A stretch of 42,501 bases of DNA from a virus (taxonomy: Duplodnaviria; Caudoviricetes): positions 1 to 42,501 of IMG/VR virus record IMGVR_UViG_3300036798_000555; one strand, given 5' to 3'. The notes under the pieces were generated by a model that was not told the origin of the DNA, ran no database searches, and worked only from the letters and a program-made list of their open reading frames with translations. The stretch's first letter is position 1. Every line of letters starts with the position of its first letter. This document shows, in pieces, positions 25,853 to 36,033 of the stretch. Made by a program: the position numbers and the translations under genes.

Positions 25853-25878
25853 TGCTCTTCTCCTCTTTCGAGTTGGCT

Positions 25879-27513
25879 TTAAGCACCGAACAAAGTTCGC
25901 TCTTCACTAAGGATGTGAAGACGCTCGATGGTAAAATCTGGACTGATCGATTGCAAGTCGATGGCGCCTTGAATGCCCATGGCATTGGTCGGGTACGGCA
26001 CGATGTCGTGATTTTGTCCGGCGGTGAGCTCAAAGGCGATGTCCTGGGCGCCGCCAGGAATACCGCCGCCCTTGGTGAGCAGGTTGCCGGTGATGTCGAC
26101 GCCGCTGCCGGCATTGTCATGGAGCTCGGCAAAGATGCGTCGCCAATTTTTGATGGTGATTTGCGCCATGCCCTGACCCGATAGCGCCTTGGTCGACAAT
26201 CGCTTGAGCAACGCCGGGTCAGGTTGCGCAAACAATTGGTAGAGATTGGTGCCGTCAGTGCCGTACGGCCGAATGACGGAATCCTGCTCATAGGCGCCGA
26301 TGTGGCTGAGCTCGACGCCCTGGCTGGCGACGCTCCACTGCAATTGATCAGTCTCGCCCCGGTGCAACATCAACAACAAGTTGCGCGTCACACCAAAAGG
26401 ATCTTTGAAGCGTCCGTTGACCAGCAGAACCCGATAGCCAAAGACTGTCGCCGGCGCCATCGTCGGCAAATACAGACTGGTATCGAGCGACTGCCACAGC
26501 CGCGTGATTTTCGCTCCGATCGGGCGATTTACTGCGCCGGTGGTGCGATAAATACCGGCGCCGTTGAACAGCACGAAATCGCGGCCGATGCGGCCGACCC
26601 GCCGCGGGAATCGCTGGCCAGCCTGCGGATCGATATTCTGATAGTTGAAATTGGTGACGAACGGATCGGACGTCGTGCCCTGGCCGGCCAACTGAATTTG
26701 CGACACCAGGTCGGTGGACGAATCGCCGAACACGTACAGGTAGCCGGCGCTGGCGGCGAGATCCATGTAGGTGGCGGTGAGCTTGTCGCCGAAATAGCCG
26801 AACGATCCGCCGCCGTCTGTGGTGCTGAAATCGGCGCCGTTCGAAGGCGCGCTAAAACTGATTACGTCCTTGCCAGCGACGAAAAGGCGTTCTTGATAGA
26901 CCTCCATGGCGTAAATGCCTGGCAGGCCTTGTGGCATCGGCGGGATCGGGGCGGTCGGGTCGTTTTCGGCGATGTCGGTCAGCCAGTCTGGCGCGGGTTC
27001 ACCGGGTGACGTCAAAGTCTGACCATCCCAGGCGTAAAGCCCTTGGGGCGAGCCGAACAGCACGCCGCCGTTCTGGCCGGTGACCGAGCCAAAAAACCGT
27101 GGCCGCCACACCACTGCGCTGGCCCAGTATTGCGGTGCGATCGGCTCCCAAATCACGGCGCCACCCGTGCCGCTGATGGTGGTGACGGCGTGGGTGTCGA
27201 GATCGACCTGGTCGATGTGACCGTTGGAAAGAAACATCCAGCCGAATGCGCCCGGCGGCGGCACGGCAAACTGCGGTGTGGGAAATCCGATAAACCCAAA
27301 AAACATACGCAGGATCGTCACGCCGGCGGGCGCGGTATAAATCACCGGACCAAGCCCCCAGCACGAGCGCAGATCGCCGGCGCCGATGGGGAAGAAGTTT
27401 TCGTCCCACCAGAGCTCCTGGTCGTCAATAGAGGCGCGCCGTGCCTGCTGGTTGAGCCCCGCCCATTTCTCGATGGTGAAGATGTCGGGCTTGTTGTCGC
27501 TTTGGATCGCCAT
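25879..27513 (-). CDS. tail nozzle/DNA-stabilisation protein (P22 gp10 / T7 gp12-like)
   Basis: about 545 aa, beta-propeller-like, W.GLN....R..I.D.E..W.EN N-terminus; position after the adaptor. Confidence 0.72.
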   Translation of the reverse strand: MAIQSDNKPDIFTIEKWAGLNQQARRASIDDQELWWDENFFPIGAGDLRSCWGLGPVIYTAPAGVTILRMFFGFIGFPTPQFAVPPPGAFGWMFLSNGHIDQVDLDTHAVTTISGTGGAVIWEPIAPQYWASAVVWRPRFFGSVTGQNGGVLFGSPQGLYAWDGQTLTSPGEPAPDWLTDIAENDPTAPIPPMPQGLPGIYAMEVYQERLFVAGKDVISFSAPSNGADFSTTDGGGSFGYFGDKLTATYMDLAASAGYLYVFGDSSTDLVSQIQLAGQGTTSDPFVTNFNYQNIDPQAGQRFPRRVGRIGRDFVLFNGAGIYRTTGAVNRPIGAKITRLWQSLDTSLYLPTMAPATVFGYRVLLVNGRFKDPFGVTRNLLLMLHRGETDQLQWSVASQGVELSHIGAYEQDSVIRPYGTDGTNLYQLFAQPDPALLKRLSTKALSGQGMAQITIKNWRRIFAELHDNAGSGVDITGNLLTKGGGIPGGAQDIAFELTAGQNHDIVPYPTNAMGIQGAIDLQSISPDFTIERLHILSEERTLFGA

Positions 27514-27811
27514 CTTCAAGCTTCCTCAAAACCCAGCGTGCGCCAGGGCCGCGGAATAGCAGCACGATTTGGTAGCCCTGCGGTTTTAGTTCGCGGTTGG
27601 CCAACCTAATCAACAGCCAAACGCTTTTGCGAGAGCCTGGTTGGTTGGGGTCCGTACGGTAGACCGCATCGGTAACTTCACGAAGGGTGATGCCATCCGG
27701 CCGCGCCGCGATCAGATTGACAACCTGCGGACGGATGTAGCCGGTGATGCGGAGCTTGGGCGGTATCCCTTGTCCGCAATGTGGACACCGCAAGCTCTTG
27801 TTCAGTTGCAT
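27425..27811 (-). CDS. CxxC plus winged-HTH DNA-binding protein
   Basis: CPHCG; GIT.RE...AVY..DP...P....V...I...NR.L...G..I. Confidence 0.6.
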   Translation of the reverse strand: MQLNKSLRCPHCGQGIPPKLRITGYIRPQVVNLIAARPDGITLREVTDAVYRTDPNQPGSRKSVWLLIRLANRELKPQGYQIVLLFRGPGARWVLRKLEDGDPKRQQARHLHHREMGGAQPAGTARLY

Positions 27812-28501
27812 TTATGCTGACCTCAGAGTCGCCCCATAGGGATTGACGATCATCTGAGGACACACCACGGCGGCACACATTGGCAAGTCGGTATTGAACA
27901 GATCAGCCATGACTTTTGCGTCTTGCAAACGCTGCTGCTGCATCAGCGCTAGGGTCGCCGCCCAGTAAGCGACCGCATCGGTCCACGGATACACCAGGGG
28001 CTCGGGATCATCATCGGTGAGCAACGGCAGCGGTAGGCAGGAAAAGTCGAGCTCCATTGGCATCGCCATGGCGGGGATCGGTGCCAGGTAGAGCATGGCA
28101 TCGTTGCCGACGCCGTATTGCGAATACCAGCCGGGTTCGGAGATCGCGCCCAGCCAGGTCTTGTTGTACAGCCGGAAGCGCGCTTGAAAGTCGGTAAACG
28201 AAATGCGCCGCCAGACTGGTTTCCAGCCGCCGGGGCCGATCGCCACCGCCAGCGAGCGCACCGCCAGGATGGAGTCGACTCCCGGTTTGGCTTGCACCAA
28301 GGATTTCCAAGCGGCGAATGGATAGGTTTCCTGCTGGGCGACCGTCTGCGTGCCTTCCGGCAGCAATCTGATGCAGCCGCTCACCGCGGCAACGCGGCGG
28401 CGGGCCCGATTGATATAATTGTGCAGCGTCGGCAGCGGGAAAAATTGGCCGCCTTGATCGTTTAGAAAATTCTGAACGTCGGTGACATAACGGTCCAGCA
28501 C
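27812..28501 (-). CDS. head-tail adaptor (tail tubular protein A-like)
   Basis: L..YIN.AR, LY.APIP, P.P..DAV.Y.AA.LA motifs; position after the capsid gene. Confidence 0.72.
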   Translation of the reverse strand: MLDRYVTDVQNFLNDQGGQFFPLPTLHNYINRARRRVAAVSGCIRLLPEGTQTVAQQETYPFAAWKSLVQAKPGVDSILAVRSLAVAIGPGGWKPVWRRISFTDFQARFRLYNKTWLGAISEPGWYSQYGVGNDAMLYLAPIPAMAMPMELDFSCLPLPLLTDDDPEPLVYPWTDAVAYWAATLALMQQQRLQDAKVMADLFNTDLPMCAAVVCPQMIVNPYGATLRSA

Positions 28502-28504
28502 ATC

Positions 28505-28927
28505 CTACACCCTGCGAGCTCGCGTTGTGGCACGAGAAGAAGTCGGCGATGACCTGAACTGTGACGACCGGAACTGTGACGACCGGAACTGTGACGACCG
28601 GAACGGTGACGGCGGGAACGGTGGCGGCGGACATGGTGGCGGGAACGGCGAACACACCACAGGGCCGCTCAACAGTCCCGTCCCTGGCGCTCGCGTTTCC
28701 GATTCAAACGGCCACGGCTCACGCGGGAATGGCCAACCACTTACCCACTGATTCGCCGGCCGCGGGATTTGCGTGAAGCGCGGATCGATCGTCTCCGAAC
28801 CGGGAATGGCAAAACGCTGCGGTCCTTTAGGCAGGATCGGCGGCGACCCGCAGGGTGAGACGCCTGGCTGGATGCCCGAATACGGGAACGATGAGAACGG
28901 AAAGAATTGCGACCTGCTCCACCACAT
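28505..28927 (-). CDS. Pro-rich protein with FRSSQ tandem repeat
   Basis: AAGGTG RBS; fills the gap exactly; 15-bp repeat at 28556-28615. Confidence 0.55.
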   Translation of the reverse strand: MWWSRSQFFPFSSFPYSGIQPGVSPCGSPPILPKGPQRFAIPGSETIDPRFTQIPRPANQWVSGWPFPREPWPFESETRAPGTGLLSGPVVCSPFPPPCPPPPFPPSPFRSSQFRSSQFRSSQFRSSPTSSRATTRARRV

Positions 28928-28938
28928 TTTTCACCTTG

Positions 28939-30012
28939 TTAGTTGACCGGTGTCGGCAACGTGGTGCCTGGAGGCAACGCTGGGCCCGTCGCCTGCGCCG
29001 GGAACGTCCCGCCGCCGGTGATGCCGGTGACCAGCAAGCCGGTACTCGGCTTCGAACAAACAAGATTGAGTGCGGTGAGCGTCAGTCCGATCGATGCGAT
29101 TTGTCCTTGGGGAATCGTGCTGTACCAGCCGGTCCAGGCAAAATTTGCGTCTTCGTGCACCACCAGCGTGATGTATTTGCTGTTGAAGCCGATCGCGGTG
29201 CCCTTCGGACAATTCAGATCAAAAAAGATCGGCGTGTCACCTAACAACAAACCGCGGAAGCCGCTGTTGACCGGATCGTCTTTGCCCCATCTTGAAGACG
29301 GATCGTTGTTGTACCTTTCTAGTGACAAAAAGTCGGTCAGCAAAGTTGACCAATCCTCAATGCTCATTACGACAAAGTCGAGCGCCTCACCGCCGGAATG
29401 TTTGACGGCTTGCAGCAACAGCGGAATAAACGCCGCGCGCGTCAGCGCAGCGCCGCCGGTCACCTTGAGGCCGGCCCATGTTGGGAACGTTGTTCTTGAA
29501 AGACCGCCGTACGTGGTGACCGCTGTGCCATCGTCGTACGCGTCTAAAAGTCCAAACATCTGCAGCACGTTGCCGCCGTTGGTGCTAAATAACGCCGACG
29601 TCAGCGCTGCCAGCGCGCTGTTTTTCATGTCGTTCATTTTCAGCATCAAACGACTGGCGACCGCGATCGCATCTTGCGTCACCAATTGCTCGAGCCCGAA
29701 GCTCGTCACTGGAGTGGCGAGCGCGCACATGTTGAACTCGGCGTTCACTGTTGCGCTCACGTCGGCCGGAATCGTGAAGGCGCCGTTCGGCCCGATCCAC
29801 GAGCTCGGCACGTAAGCGCCTGTCTGCACCGGCTGTGTATAAGGCGACACACCGCCAGAGGCACGGATCGCGTTGCGCAGCAACAAGGCGCACAACGGGT
29901 TCATGCGATAAATCAGAACGACCACCATCTGACTGAAGACGCGTCTAACGGTGGCGGCGAGCTCTTGGCCGACTGGCCCTGACGGAATGATTCCGGCACC
30001 GAGGAGGGGCAT
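28939..30012 (-). CDS. major capsid protein
   Basis: 357 aa after the scaffold; EL.A..RR.F...VV......PL and GF.GL.....PI..D..CP.G.....N..Y..L..H motifs. Confidence 0.85.
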   Translation of the reverse strand: MPLLGAGIIPSGPVGQELAATVRRVFSQMVVVLIYRMNPLCALLLRNAIRASGGVSPYTQPVQTGAYVPSSWIGPNGAFTIPADVSATVNAEFNMCALATPVTSFGLEQLVTQDAIAVASRLMLKMNDMKNSALAALTSALFSTNGGNVLQMFGLLDAYDDGTAVTTYGGLSRTTFPTWAGLKVTGGAALTRAAFIPLLLQAVKHSGGEALDFVVMSIEDWSTLLTDFLSLERYNNDPSSRWGKDDPVNSGFRGLLLGDTPIFFDLNCPKGTAIGFNSKYITLVVHEDANFAWTGWYSTIPQGQIASIGLTLTALNLVCSKPSTGLLVTGITGGGTFPAQATGPALPPGTTLPTPVN

Positions 30013-30015
30013 GGC

Positions 30016-30558
30016 TTAGTACCTCTGCTTTGATTTTTGCTCGTCGCGATGCATCGCTTGGATGAGCTCGTTGCGCGCCCAAGATTCGGGATCTTTGATA
30101 ATTTCCTTAAAACCGTCCTGCCGCTCGTGATGCCAGTGGCCTTGGTCGAAGCCCGGCTCAATGGCCTTCGGCTCTCGCGACGTCAGGTAGGTGGCGGCCA
30201 CCTCGTAGTCGCCGATCTTTTTCTCCACCATGATTCTCTCGAGTCGCTGCATCGCCTCGTCGGTGAAGCCGTAACTCTCCTGCGTTTGCTTGCGCACCCT
30301 GCGCCACTCCTCGTCTTCTTTGGCGACTTTGGTGGCTTCTTCGGCGTCGCGACGCGCTTGGGCTTCAGCATCGAGGCGCTGCGTCACCTCGGTGCGGATA
30401 TCAAAATCTGGGATGTTGATATTGGGGTAGGCTTCTTTGATCAGCGCTTTGGCTTTGTTCGCGAACTTCGGATTCTGATAAATTGTTTCAACAAAATCGG
30501 CGATTTGCCTTTTGCCTTGCAAAAATTGGTATTCTTCGTCGGAGATTTCGCGGGGCAT
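30016..30558 (-). CDS. capsid scaffolding protein
   Basis: charged and helical; directly upstream of the MCP. Confidence 0.65.
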   Translation of the reverse strand: MPREISDEEYQFLQGKRQIADFVETIYQNPKFANKAKALIKEAYPNINIPDFDIRTEVTQRLDAEAQARRDAEEATKVAKEDEEWRRVRKQTQESYGFTDEAMQRLERIMVEKKIGDYEVAATYLTSREPKAIEPGFDQGHWHHERQDGFKEIIKDPESWARNELIQAMHRDEQKSKQRY

Positions 30559-30620
30559 CTTCGGCCTCTTCTGCGATATGTAACGGCGGACTTACGGGCC
30601 CACCTGCCGCCGTCGGTTCA

Positions 30621-30806
30621 TCAGTTGCTGTTGCTCTTTCCGCCAATTGAAGCTTGCAAAGGAACGCCGCCTTCAGGTTTGGGGACGCACTTCGGGATCG
30701 CCCCCCATTCCATGGTTTCGGCCTGCGTATCAACCTGTAGCACCGTCCTCGGCGGCGTCTCCGGGGGAGACGTAATCGGGGGGTCGTACGATCGATTCTG
30801 CGCCAT
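30621..30806 (-). CDS. small head-module protein
   Basis: AAGGAG RBS. Confidence 0.6.
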   Translation of the reverse strand: MAQNRSYDPPITSPPETPPRTVLQVDTQAETMEWGAIPKCVPKPEGGVPLQASIGGKSNSN

Positions 30807-30916
30807 TTTTTTTCTCCTTGAATCGACGCGGCCTGCCGTAGCGGTCGCATTCTCTCTGCATGTTCTCGAGTCGACGTTTTTCCTCTTCGTTCCAACTGTT
30901 TGGAACGTAAATCACT

Positions 30917-31459
30917 TTACGCCCCGGGCAAAGGGGTCGTCGGTGTGCCTTGCATGGCCAGATTAGGCGCCGGCCCTGCCGATTGATCGGGGCCGCCACC
31001 CGGTTGCCCGCCGGCTCCACCGGGTCCACCTCCACCGCCCTGTCCCATCTGCTGCATGATCCTACCGAGGAACCCGCCTTGCATGACGTTGCGCAGCAGA
31101 TCTTTCAGGCCGGTGAGTTGCACACCCTCGGTTGGCGCACCTTGCGGCAGATGCCGCGACATCCGGCCGATCGCCGAGTTGACGTCCTTGTGCAGCGGAC
31201 TGCCGGCCGGCAAGCTCATCATCGCCTTCTGCATCAACTGGATCGCGGTGTTTAAGTCGTTCATGGCGCCGGCCATGTTGCCGGCACCAGGCTGCGACAC
31301 CTGCGGCTGCTGCTGATTGCGCGCCAGCGCGGCTAGAACAGGTCCGCCGCCGCCTGCAGGAGGGCCACCAGGCCCAGCACCGCCAGCGGCGCCACCGGCG
31401 CCAGCAGGAGGAGGTGGGCTTCCACCGGCATCCGCTTCAGTGTCAAAGGCGTTGGCCAT
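30917..31459 (-). CDS. Gly/Pro-rich head-module protein
   Basis: lies between portal and scaffold; helical core L..LP.GS.LHK.V..AI. Confidence 0.65.
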   Translation of the reverse strand: MANAFDTEADAGGSPPPPAGAGGAAGGAGPGGPPAGGGGPVLAALARNQQQPQVSQPGAGNMAGAMNDLNTAIQLMQKAMMSLPAGSPLHKDVNSAIGRMSRHLPQGAPTEGVQLTGLKDLLRNVMQGGFLGRIMQQMGQGGGGGPGGAGGQPGGGPDQSAGPAPNLAMQGTPTTPLPGA

Positions 31460-31536
31460 CGCTTACCCAGCAACACGAGGGTGCCGTAAGCTACGCCGAA
31501 ATAGGACATTTGTGCAACACAAGGCGATACAATGTG

Positions 31537-33258
31537 TTACCGCCGCTTGCGACCGCCGCCGCGTTTGCCTTTCACGCCCAGCACCGCCATGGCGAGCTCC
31601 TTCTGCTCTTCCTGCTGAGCCTGCTGCGCCTGCGCCTTCTCGCGCTTCTTCAGATTGGCCAGCAGCAGTTGGGCGCCCGGTGGATGCAACATGTGAATCA
31701 GATCCTCGGGGCCGACGGCGCCGGCGCGCGCCAATGCGATGGCGATCTGCCGGTTATCTTCCGCGAATGCCGGACTGGCGCTATGCGAATCGATCTCGAC
31801 TTGCAGGTCGTCCGGTAGCTGCGACAGCAAGAACTCGATGCCGTGCTCGGTGGTGTAGACGAACGGATCTTCCGCCTGCAGCATGCGCAACGCGAGATAG
31901 CCACAGTCGGCTAACTGCCGTTCGATGCGCGCCGCCTGATCGATCAACCGCGGGGATGAGGTTCGCACCAGCGTTTGGGCGTGAACGCCGGCCCGCACAC
32001 CAGGCTCGCCCTGGCCGCTCATCACCGGCGAAAAACCAGAAGCCTCATCAAACAGCTTAAAAATGAACTCGAGCTCCTCGAGGTAATGCTCGGGCGGCGG
32101 ATCGAGGAGCTTTTGCGCTTTGGCATTGGGGTTTGGATCGGCCAAGAACCCGCCCTCATTGATGATCTTGAAATACGCCTCTTCGCTGACATTGGTGAAC
32201 CCAGAAAGCATCTGCGGCGCGTTGACATTGCGGTCCCACATCATCTTGATGTCGCGCAATCTTTTGTTCAGCAGATCCTGCAGCATCTGGATGTCGGAGA
32301 TGGCGCTGCGGCCCCAGAAATAGCCCGGCGTGTTTTGCGCCTGCACCTTCACGAACGAGGAGTGGCCGGGCACACCCGACAAATTCACCCGCTCGTTCTC
32401 GCCGAAGATGATGATCGGCTCATGCCCATAGAGGTACTGCATGGTCGAATAATCGCCGTCGCGCTCGCGATCTTTGATCCAGATCTCGCACAGTTTGACG
32501 GTGCGTGAGATCTTGCGGTTCGGCCGCCACGGCGTGGGTACCGGAAACACGTTCACAATGCCGGCGGCTTCCGGCCTGACGCCAGGCTCGCCGGATGGGC
32601 CGGCAACCCCACCTACTATCATTTGATGGAAGTAGCTCTCAGGCTCTTCGTCGGTGCGCGCCGGCTCTTCGAGCACCTGCAGAATGATCTCTTCCTCCTT
32701 CGGGTGGTGCATCTCCTGCAGCATGGTGCGCAGCCGCGACACCGTCGGATAGCTGATGTGAACGAAGGCCTCTTGCTCATCGAGGTTGACGGTCGATTCC
32801 GACAGCACGCCGAAATTCTGCGGATGCACCGGATTCATTTTGAAGCCGTGATGGTGATCGTTCCGCAGTTTCAGTAGCTGACAGCCGTTGTTCAGCGCCC
32901 ACACCACCGACTCGGTAAAAACCACATCGCTGTCGCTTTGCCGGAAATCGGCGGTGAGCTTTTCGCTGACCAATTGCGCGCGCTCGAGCACGTCGTCGGG
33001 CTCGTCGGCGTCGAAAAGGATGTTGAAGCGGATGCCGTCGGCCTGCACCAGGAAGCCGGCGAGCTTGTCCACGAACTGCTTGGTCTTGTTATAGATGGCG
33101 GCGCGCTGATCGTAGGTGCCTTGGTAATAGTACTGCCCGGCGCGGGTATAGATTTGCTTGCGCTCATCCGCCGAGCCCATGCACTCGTCGGTGATTTCCT
33201 TCAGCCACATGTTCAGCGGATTAAGATTGTCGCGAACGTTCGGAATTCTGAGCGCCAT
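31537..33258 (-). CDS. portal protein
   Basis: 573 aa after the terminase; YN.....D.L..FL, F.GRS......Q..LN and SG...V..G.GE.GVR...HA..L motifs. Confidence 0.85.
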   Translation of the reverse strand: MALRIPNVRDNLNPLNMWLKEITDECMGSADERKQIYTRAGQYYYQGTYDQRAAIYNKTKQFVDKLAGFLVQADGIRFNILFDADEPDDVLERAQLVSEKLTADFRQSDSDVVFTESVVWALNNGCQLLKLRNDHHHGFKMNPVHPQNFGVLSESTVNLDEQEAFVHISYPTVSRLRTMLQEMHHPKEEEIILQVLEEPARTDEEPESYFHQMIVGGVAGPSGEPGVRPEAAGIVNVFPVPTPWRPNRKISRTVKLCEIWIKDRERDGDYSTMQYLYGHEPIIIFGENERVNLSGVPGHSSFVKVQAQNTPGYFWGRSAISDIQMLQDLLNKRLRDIKMMWDRNVNAPQMLSGFTNVSEEAYFKIINEGGFLADPNPNAKAQKLLDPPPEHYLEELEFIFKLFDEASGFSPVMSGQGEPGVRAGVHAQTLVRTSSPRLIDQAARIERQLADCGYLALRMLQAEDPFVYTTEHGIEFLLSQLPDDLQVEIDSHSASPAFAEDNRQIAIALARAGAVGPEDLIHMLHPPGAQLLLANLKKREKAQAQQAQQEEQKELAMAVLGVKGKRGGGRKRR

Positions 33259-33261
33259 GGC

Positions 33262-33768
33262 CTACCATATGCGCGACGACTTTCGTTTCGAGGCCTCGAT
33301 CAGATCCGGCTGATCGCCGCTCTTCAGGGCGGATTGCAGTACATCGAGGCCATTGCCGAAATTTAGGCGGGTATGCCGGCCGCTGTCCACGGCGGCGCGC
33401 ATCTGCTCGGCATTAATGCCGACCCACGAGCTCGGCGGTGAGGAGCTCGGCGCCGGCGGCGGCCGATTGTCGGTCAGGCGGTTGCCCTGCAGGTCGATCG
33501 GGTTAAAGCGCGCCTTGGTGGTTGCGCCGGCGTGATGGTCACGCTGCATGTCGGCGACATGGTAGTCGCGGGCCGCGATCTCCTCGGCGATGGCGTTGGC
33601 GCGGGCGCCGGGTGAGCCGCCGATCGCCACCGGCCGGAAGATCTGCTGCGGCTCGCGGCGGTCACACTCCGGACACGACGGCGGCGGGTCGTCCCATTGC
33701 TCGGCCGTGAACTCGGCGTTCCAGATGTGATTGCACTCGGGACAGCCGAACGTGCGAACTATCGGCAT
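33262..33768 (-). CDS. zinc-ribbon (FmdB-like) protein
   Basis: MPI..F.CPEC......CPEC. Confidence 0.7.
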   Translation of the reverse strand: MPIVRTFGCPECNHIWNAEFTAEQWDDPPPSCPECDRREPQQIFRPVAIGGSPGARANAIAEEIAARDYHVADMQRDHHAGATTKARFNPIDLQGNRLTDNRPPPAPSSSPPSSWVGINAEQMRAAVDSGRHTRLNFGNGLDVLQSALKSGDQPDLIEASKRKSSRIW

Positions 33769-33841
33769 GCGCGTACTTCCAAGTCATCAACGCCCAGCAA
33801 CTGGAAGACAACCCATTCGATGAACATCCAAAAGTACATCA

Positions 33842-35665
33842 TCAGAACCTCTGCGGACGCCGCTGCGCCTTCATGTTGATGCCAACCATATACCGGCTGA
33901 AGATTTCCGAGAACATGTTGGCAGGATCTTGCGACGGACGCTCGTGCATCCGCTCCCAGGTGATGTTGCGGGTCACACAAGACTGCCGCCGCCATTCGAC
34001 CCAGGGATGATGCGCCAGCACCAGCGACGACACCAGATCGTCGTTCTCCGTGGTGTCGGGGCCGGCGCCAATCCAGCCTTGGTCTTCGACGATTGCCTGG
34101 AGTTGCTGCACACAGCGAACCGAGCGGATCTCGATCTCGCGTTTCATCAGCGAATCGCGGAGCTCGGAATAAATCATGTGCTTGTTGTCGATATTGGTCT
34201 TCCAGTTGATGACGTTGCCGGCGCCGCCATAAGTGTCGGCGCGTTTGTACAAGAACCATCGCACACTGCCGACAAATTTCAGGATCGGGTCGGCGGTGTT
34301 TTCGCTTGCCAGCATGCCGCGCTCGGCAAGGTGGCGCAGATGCCGCACCTCGGGCATCACCGCGGCGCCGATGCCGGTCACTTCAAGATTGCAGACGTGA
34401 TCCTGGTAGGCGCCGCACAGATGCGCCAGCACCCACGCCAATTGATAGGTGAAGGGCTTGTTGGATGCGTATTCGGCGACCTGGACGATGCGATCGGCGT
34501 AGCACCTGAGAACCTGGATGGCGTGGTCGTCGGCATCATCGCCGCCGCCGCCGGAAGGGTCGACGCCGACAACATACTCGCCGAGCGGATCTGGCATTTC
34601 CCAGACCTTCAAGTTGACGTCGTCGCGATCTTCGCTGGGCTTCACCTGCTCAATGCGGCTGCTCAGAAACCCTTTATCCTGGAAAACATAACGATAGCCT
34701 TTGTACGGAGGGGGCCCGGCGGCCAATGCTTCGCCCATCTCCAGAGTTCGCGCGGCTGGGAAAAATCCAGAACCGCTGGCGATGAAGCATTCTCGCTCGG
34801 TCCAGGGGTAATGCCGCAGCATGTACTCGGGGGCGCTGGTCTCGGACTCGCGGCGCCACCAGGCGATTTGTTCAGGCTGGACGATCCAATTGTACTCTTG
34901 CTTGACATAGAGTGCGCGCTTGATCTCGTCCTCGGTCAGGCGGTTGTCCCAGTAAGTTTGATAATCGGGGTCGCTCTTGGGGATGGTGTAATTCGGATTT
35001 GACCAAAACCCCAGGAAGACGAAGCGCATGTGACGGTCTTGCTTCGATTGCATGCACTGCTGGTACCACCAGTTGTAACCATTGGCGATTGATTCGAACA
35101 AAAATAGCCGATTGGGATTGACGCGCGCCAACGAGGCTTTCAATGACTCGACGCCGGCGAGCGATTTCCAAGTGCCGCATTCGGTGGCGTGCAGGAGATT
35201 CAAGGCTCTTGATGCGCCCAAATCGGGATTGTTGGCCGCGGCGAGCAGATCGATCACAGACCGGTTAGCGAACGCCAGGCCGTTGCGGTTATTTTGGATG
35301 ATGCGGTGCTCGGGACCGCGCCATTCTCGGGGTAGAGTTTCAAGCATGCTGGCGAAGATCCTTCGCAGACGCTCCAGATTGTCAGTCCGATCAGCAATAA
35401 TGCTGCCTTGCGTCCCAGGATTTGCCAGGGCCCAGAATAATTCGATGACGCTGCAGACCGTCGTACATGCGACCTGGCGGCACTTAAGGATGCAAAAGGT
35501 GTGGACGTCGTTGGCAAGGCCGTCGGCGATGGCATCGATAACGATCCGCTGCGAGGGCCACGGCTCAACGTGGGTTCTGCCCTCTTCCTTGGTGTCGACT
35601 TCGACGCTTCGCAGCAAATGATAAATGCCCTCGCGAATCGACGGTCGGCTGGATGTTGTCTCCAT
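33842..35665 (-). CDS. terL: terminase large subunit
   Basis: LKCRQVACTT (Walker A), LLHATE (Walker B), ESIANG, VVGVDPSGG and DDLV (RNase H fold); start probably METTSS at 35665. Confidence 0.92.
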   Translation of the reverse strand: METTSSRPSIREGIYHLLRSVEVDTKEEGRTHVEPWPSQRIVIDAIADGLANDVHTFCILKCRQVACTTVCSVIELFWALANPGTQGSIIADRTDNLERLRRIFASMLETLPREWRGPEHRIIQNNRNGLAFANRSVIDLLAAANNPDLGASRALNLLHATECGTWKSLAGVESLKASLARVNPNRLFLFESIANGYNWWYQQCMQSKQDRHMRFVFLGFWSNPNYTIPKSDPDYQTYWDNRLTEDEIKRALYVKQEYNWIVQPEQIAWWRRESETSAPEYMLRHYPWTERECFIASGSGFFPAARTLEMGEALAAGPPPYKGYRYVFQDKGFLSSRIEQVKPSEDRDDVNLKVWEMPDPLGEYVVGVDPSGGGGDDADDHAIQVLRCYADRIVQVAEYASNKPFTYQLAWVLAHLCGAYQDHVCNLEVTGIGAAVMPEVRHLRHLAERGMLASENTADPILKFVGSVRWFLYKRADTYGGAGNVINWKTNIDNKHMIYSELRDSLMKREIEIRSVRCVQQLQAIVEDQGWIGAGPDTTENDDLVSSLVLAHHPWVEWRRQSCVTRNITWERMHERPSQDPANMFSEIFSRYMVGINMKAQRRPQRF

Positions 35666-35888
35666 CACGCAATTTCCATCGGCCACCCAGCCAGCGCTGC
35701 GCCGGCGGGGGCTCGAGCTCGGCGGCCTGCACCGGGTGCGGGATCGCGTGCTCAAGCAAGTCGGCAATCCTTACCATTGCCAGCGCGAGGGCGTGAAGGT
35801 CACGACCGTCGAATGGCGCCGGCACTTCGTGTTGCCGTTTGGTGTGGGCGCGATCCACTGGTTTAGCGTGATTAGGCTTTTTGGTCAT
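35565..35888 (-). CDS. hypothetical protein upstream of terL
   Basis: ATGA coupling at 35885-35888; overlaps the terL start. Confidence 0.4.
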   Translation of the reverse strand: MTKKPNHAKPVDRAHTKRQHEVPAPFDGRDLHALALAMVRIADLLEHAIPHPVQAAELEPPPAQRWLGGRWKLRDGDNIQPTVDSRGHLSFAAKRRSRHQGRGQNPR

Positions 35889-36033
35889 TGGGAACCGACC
35901 CCCTCTGTGATAGTTTGCCGATGTGGCGAATGGTCTTGCCGTCCATCCAACGACAGGCCCGCTTCGCTCTCCTGGAAGACCGGACGCGCCGTTCTAGCCC
36001 CTGCCCTCCCCCAGGGCGGCGCGTCCTCAATCA

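Noticed and set aside
25247-25910. ORF-track calls 25247-25516 (-), 25344-25910 (+), 25088-25531 (+) and the N-extension of 25383-25619
   Set aside because: No convincing RBS or coupling; the six-peptide tiling explains the region better
28943-29815. Long antisense ORFs opposite the capsid gene (likewise opposite terL, fibre and 40094-40996)
   Set aside because: Shadow ORFs expected in GC-rich coding DNA
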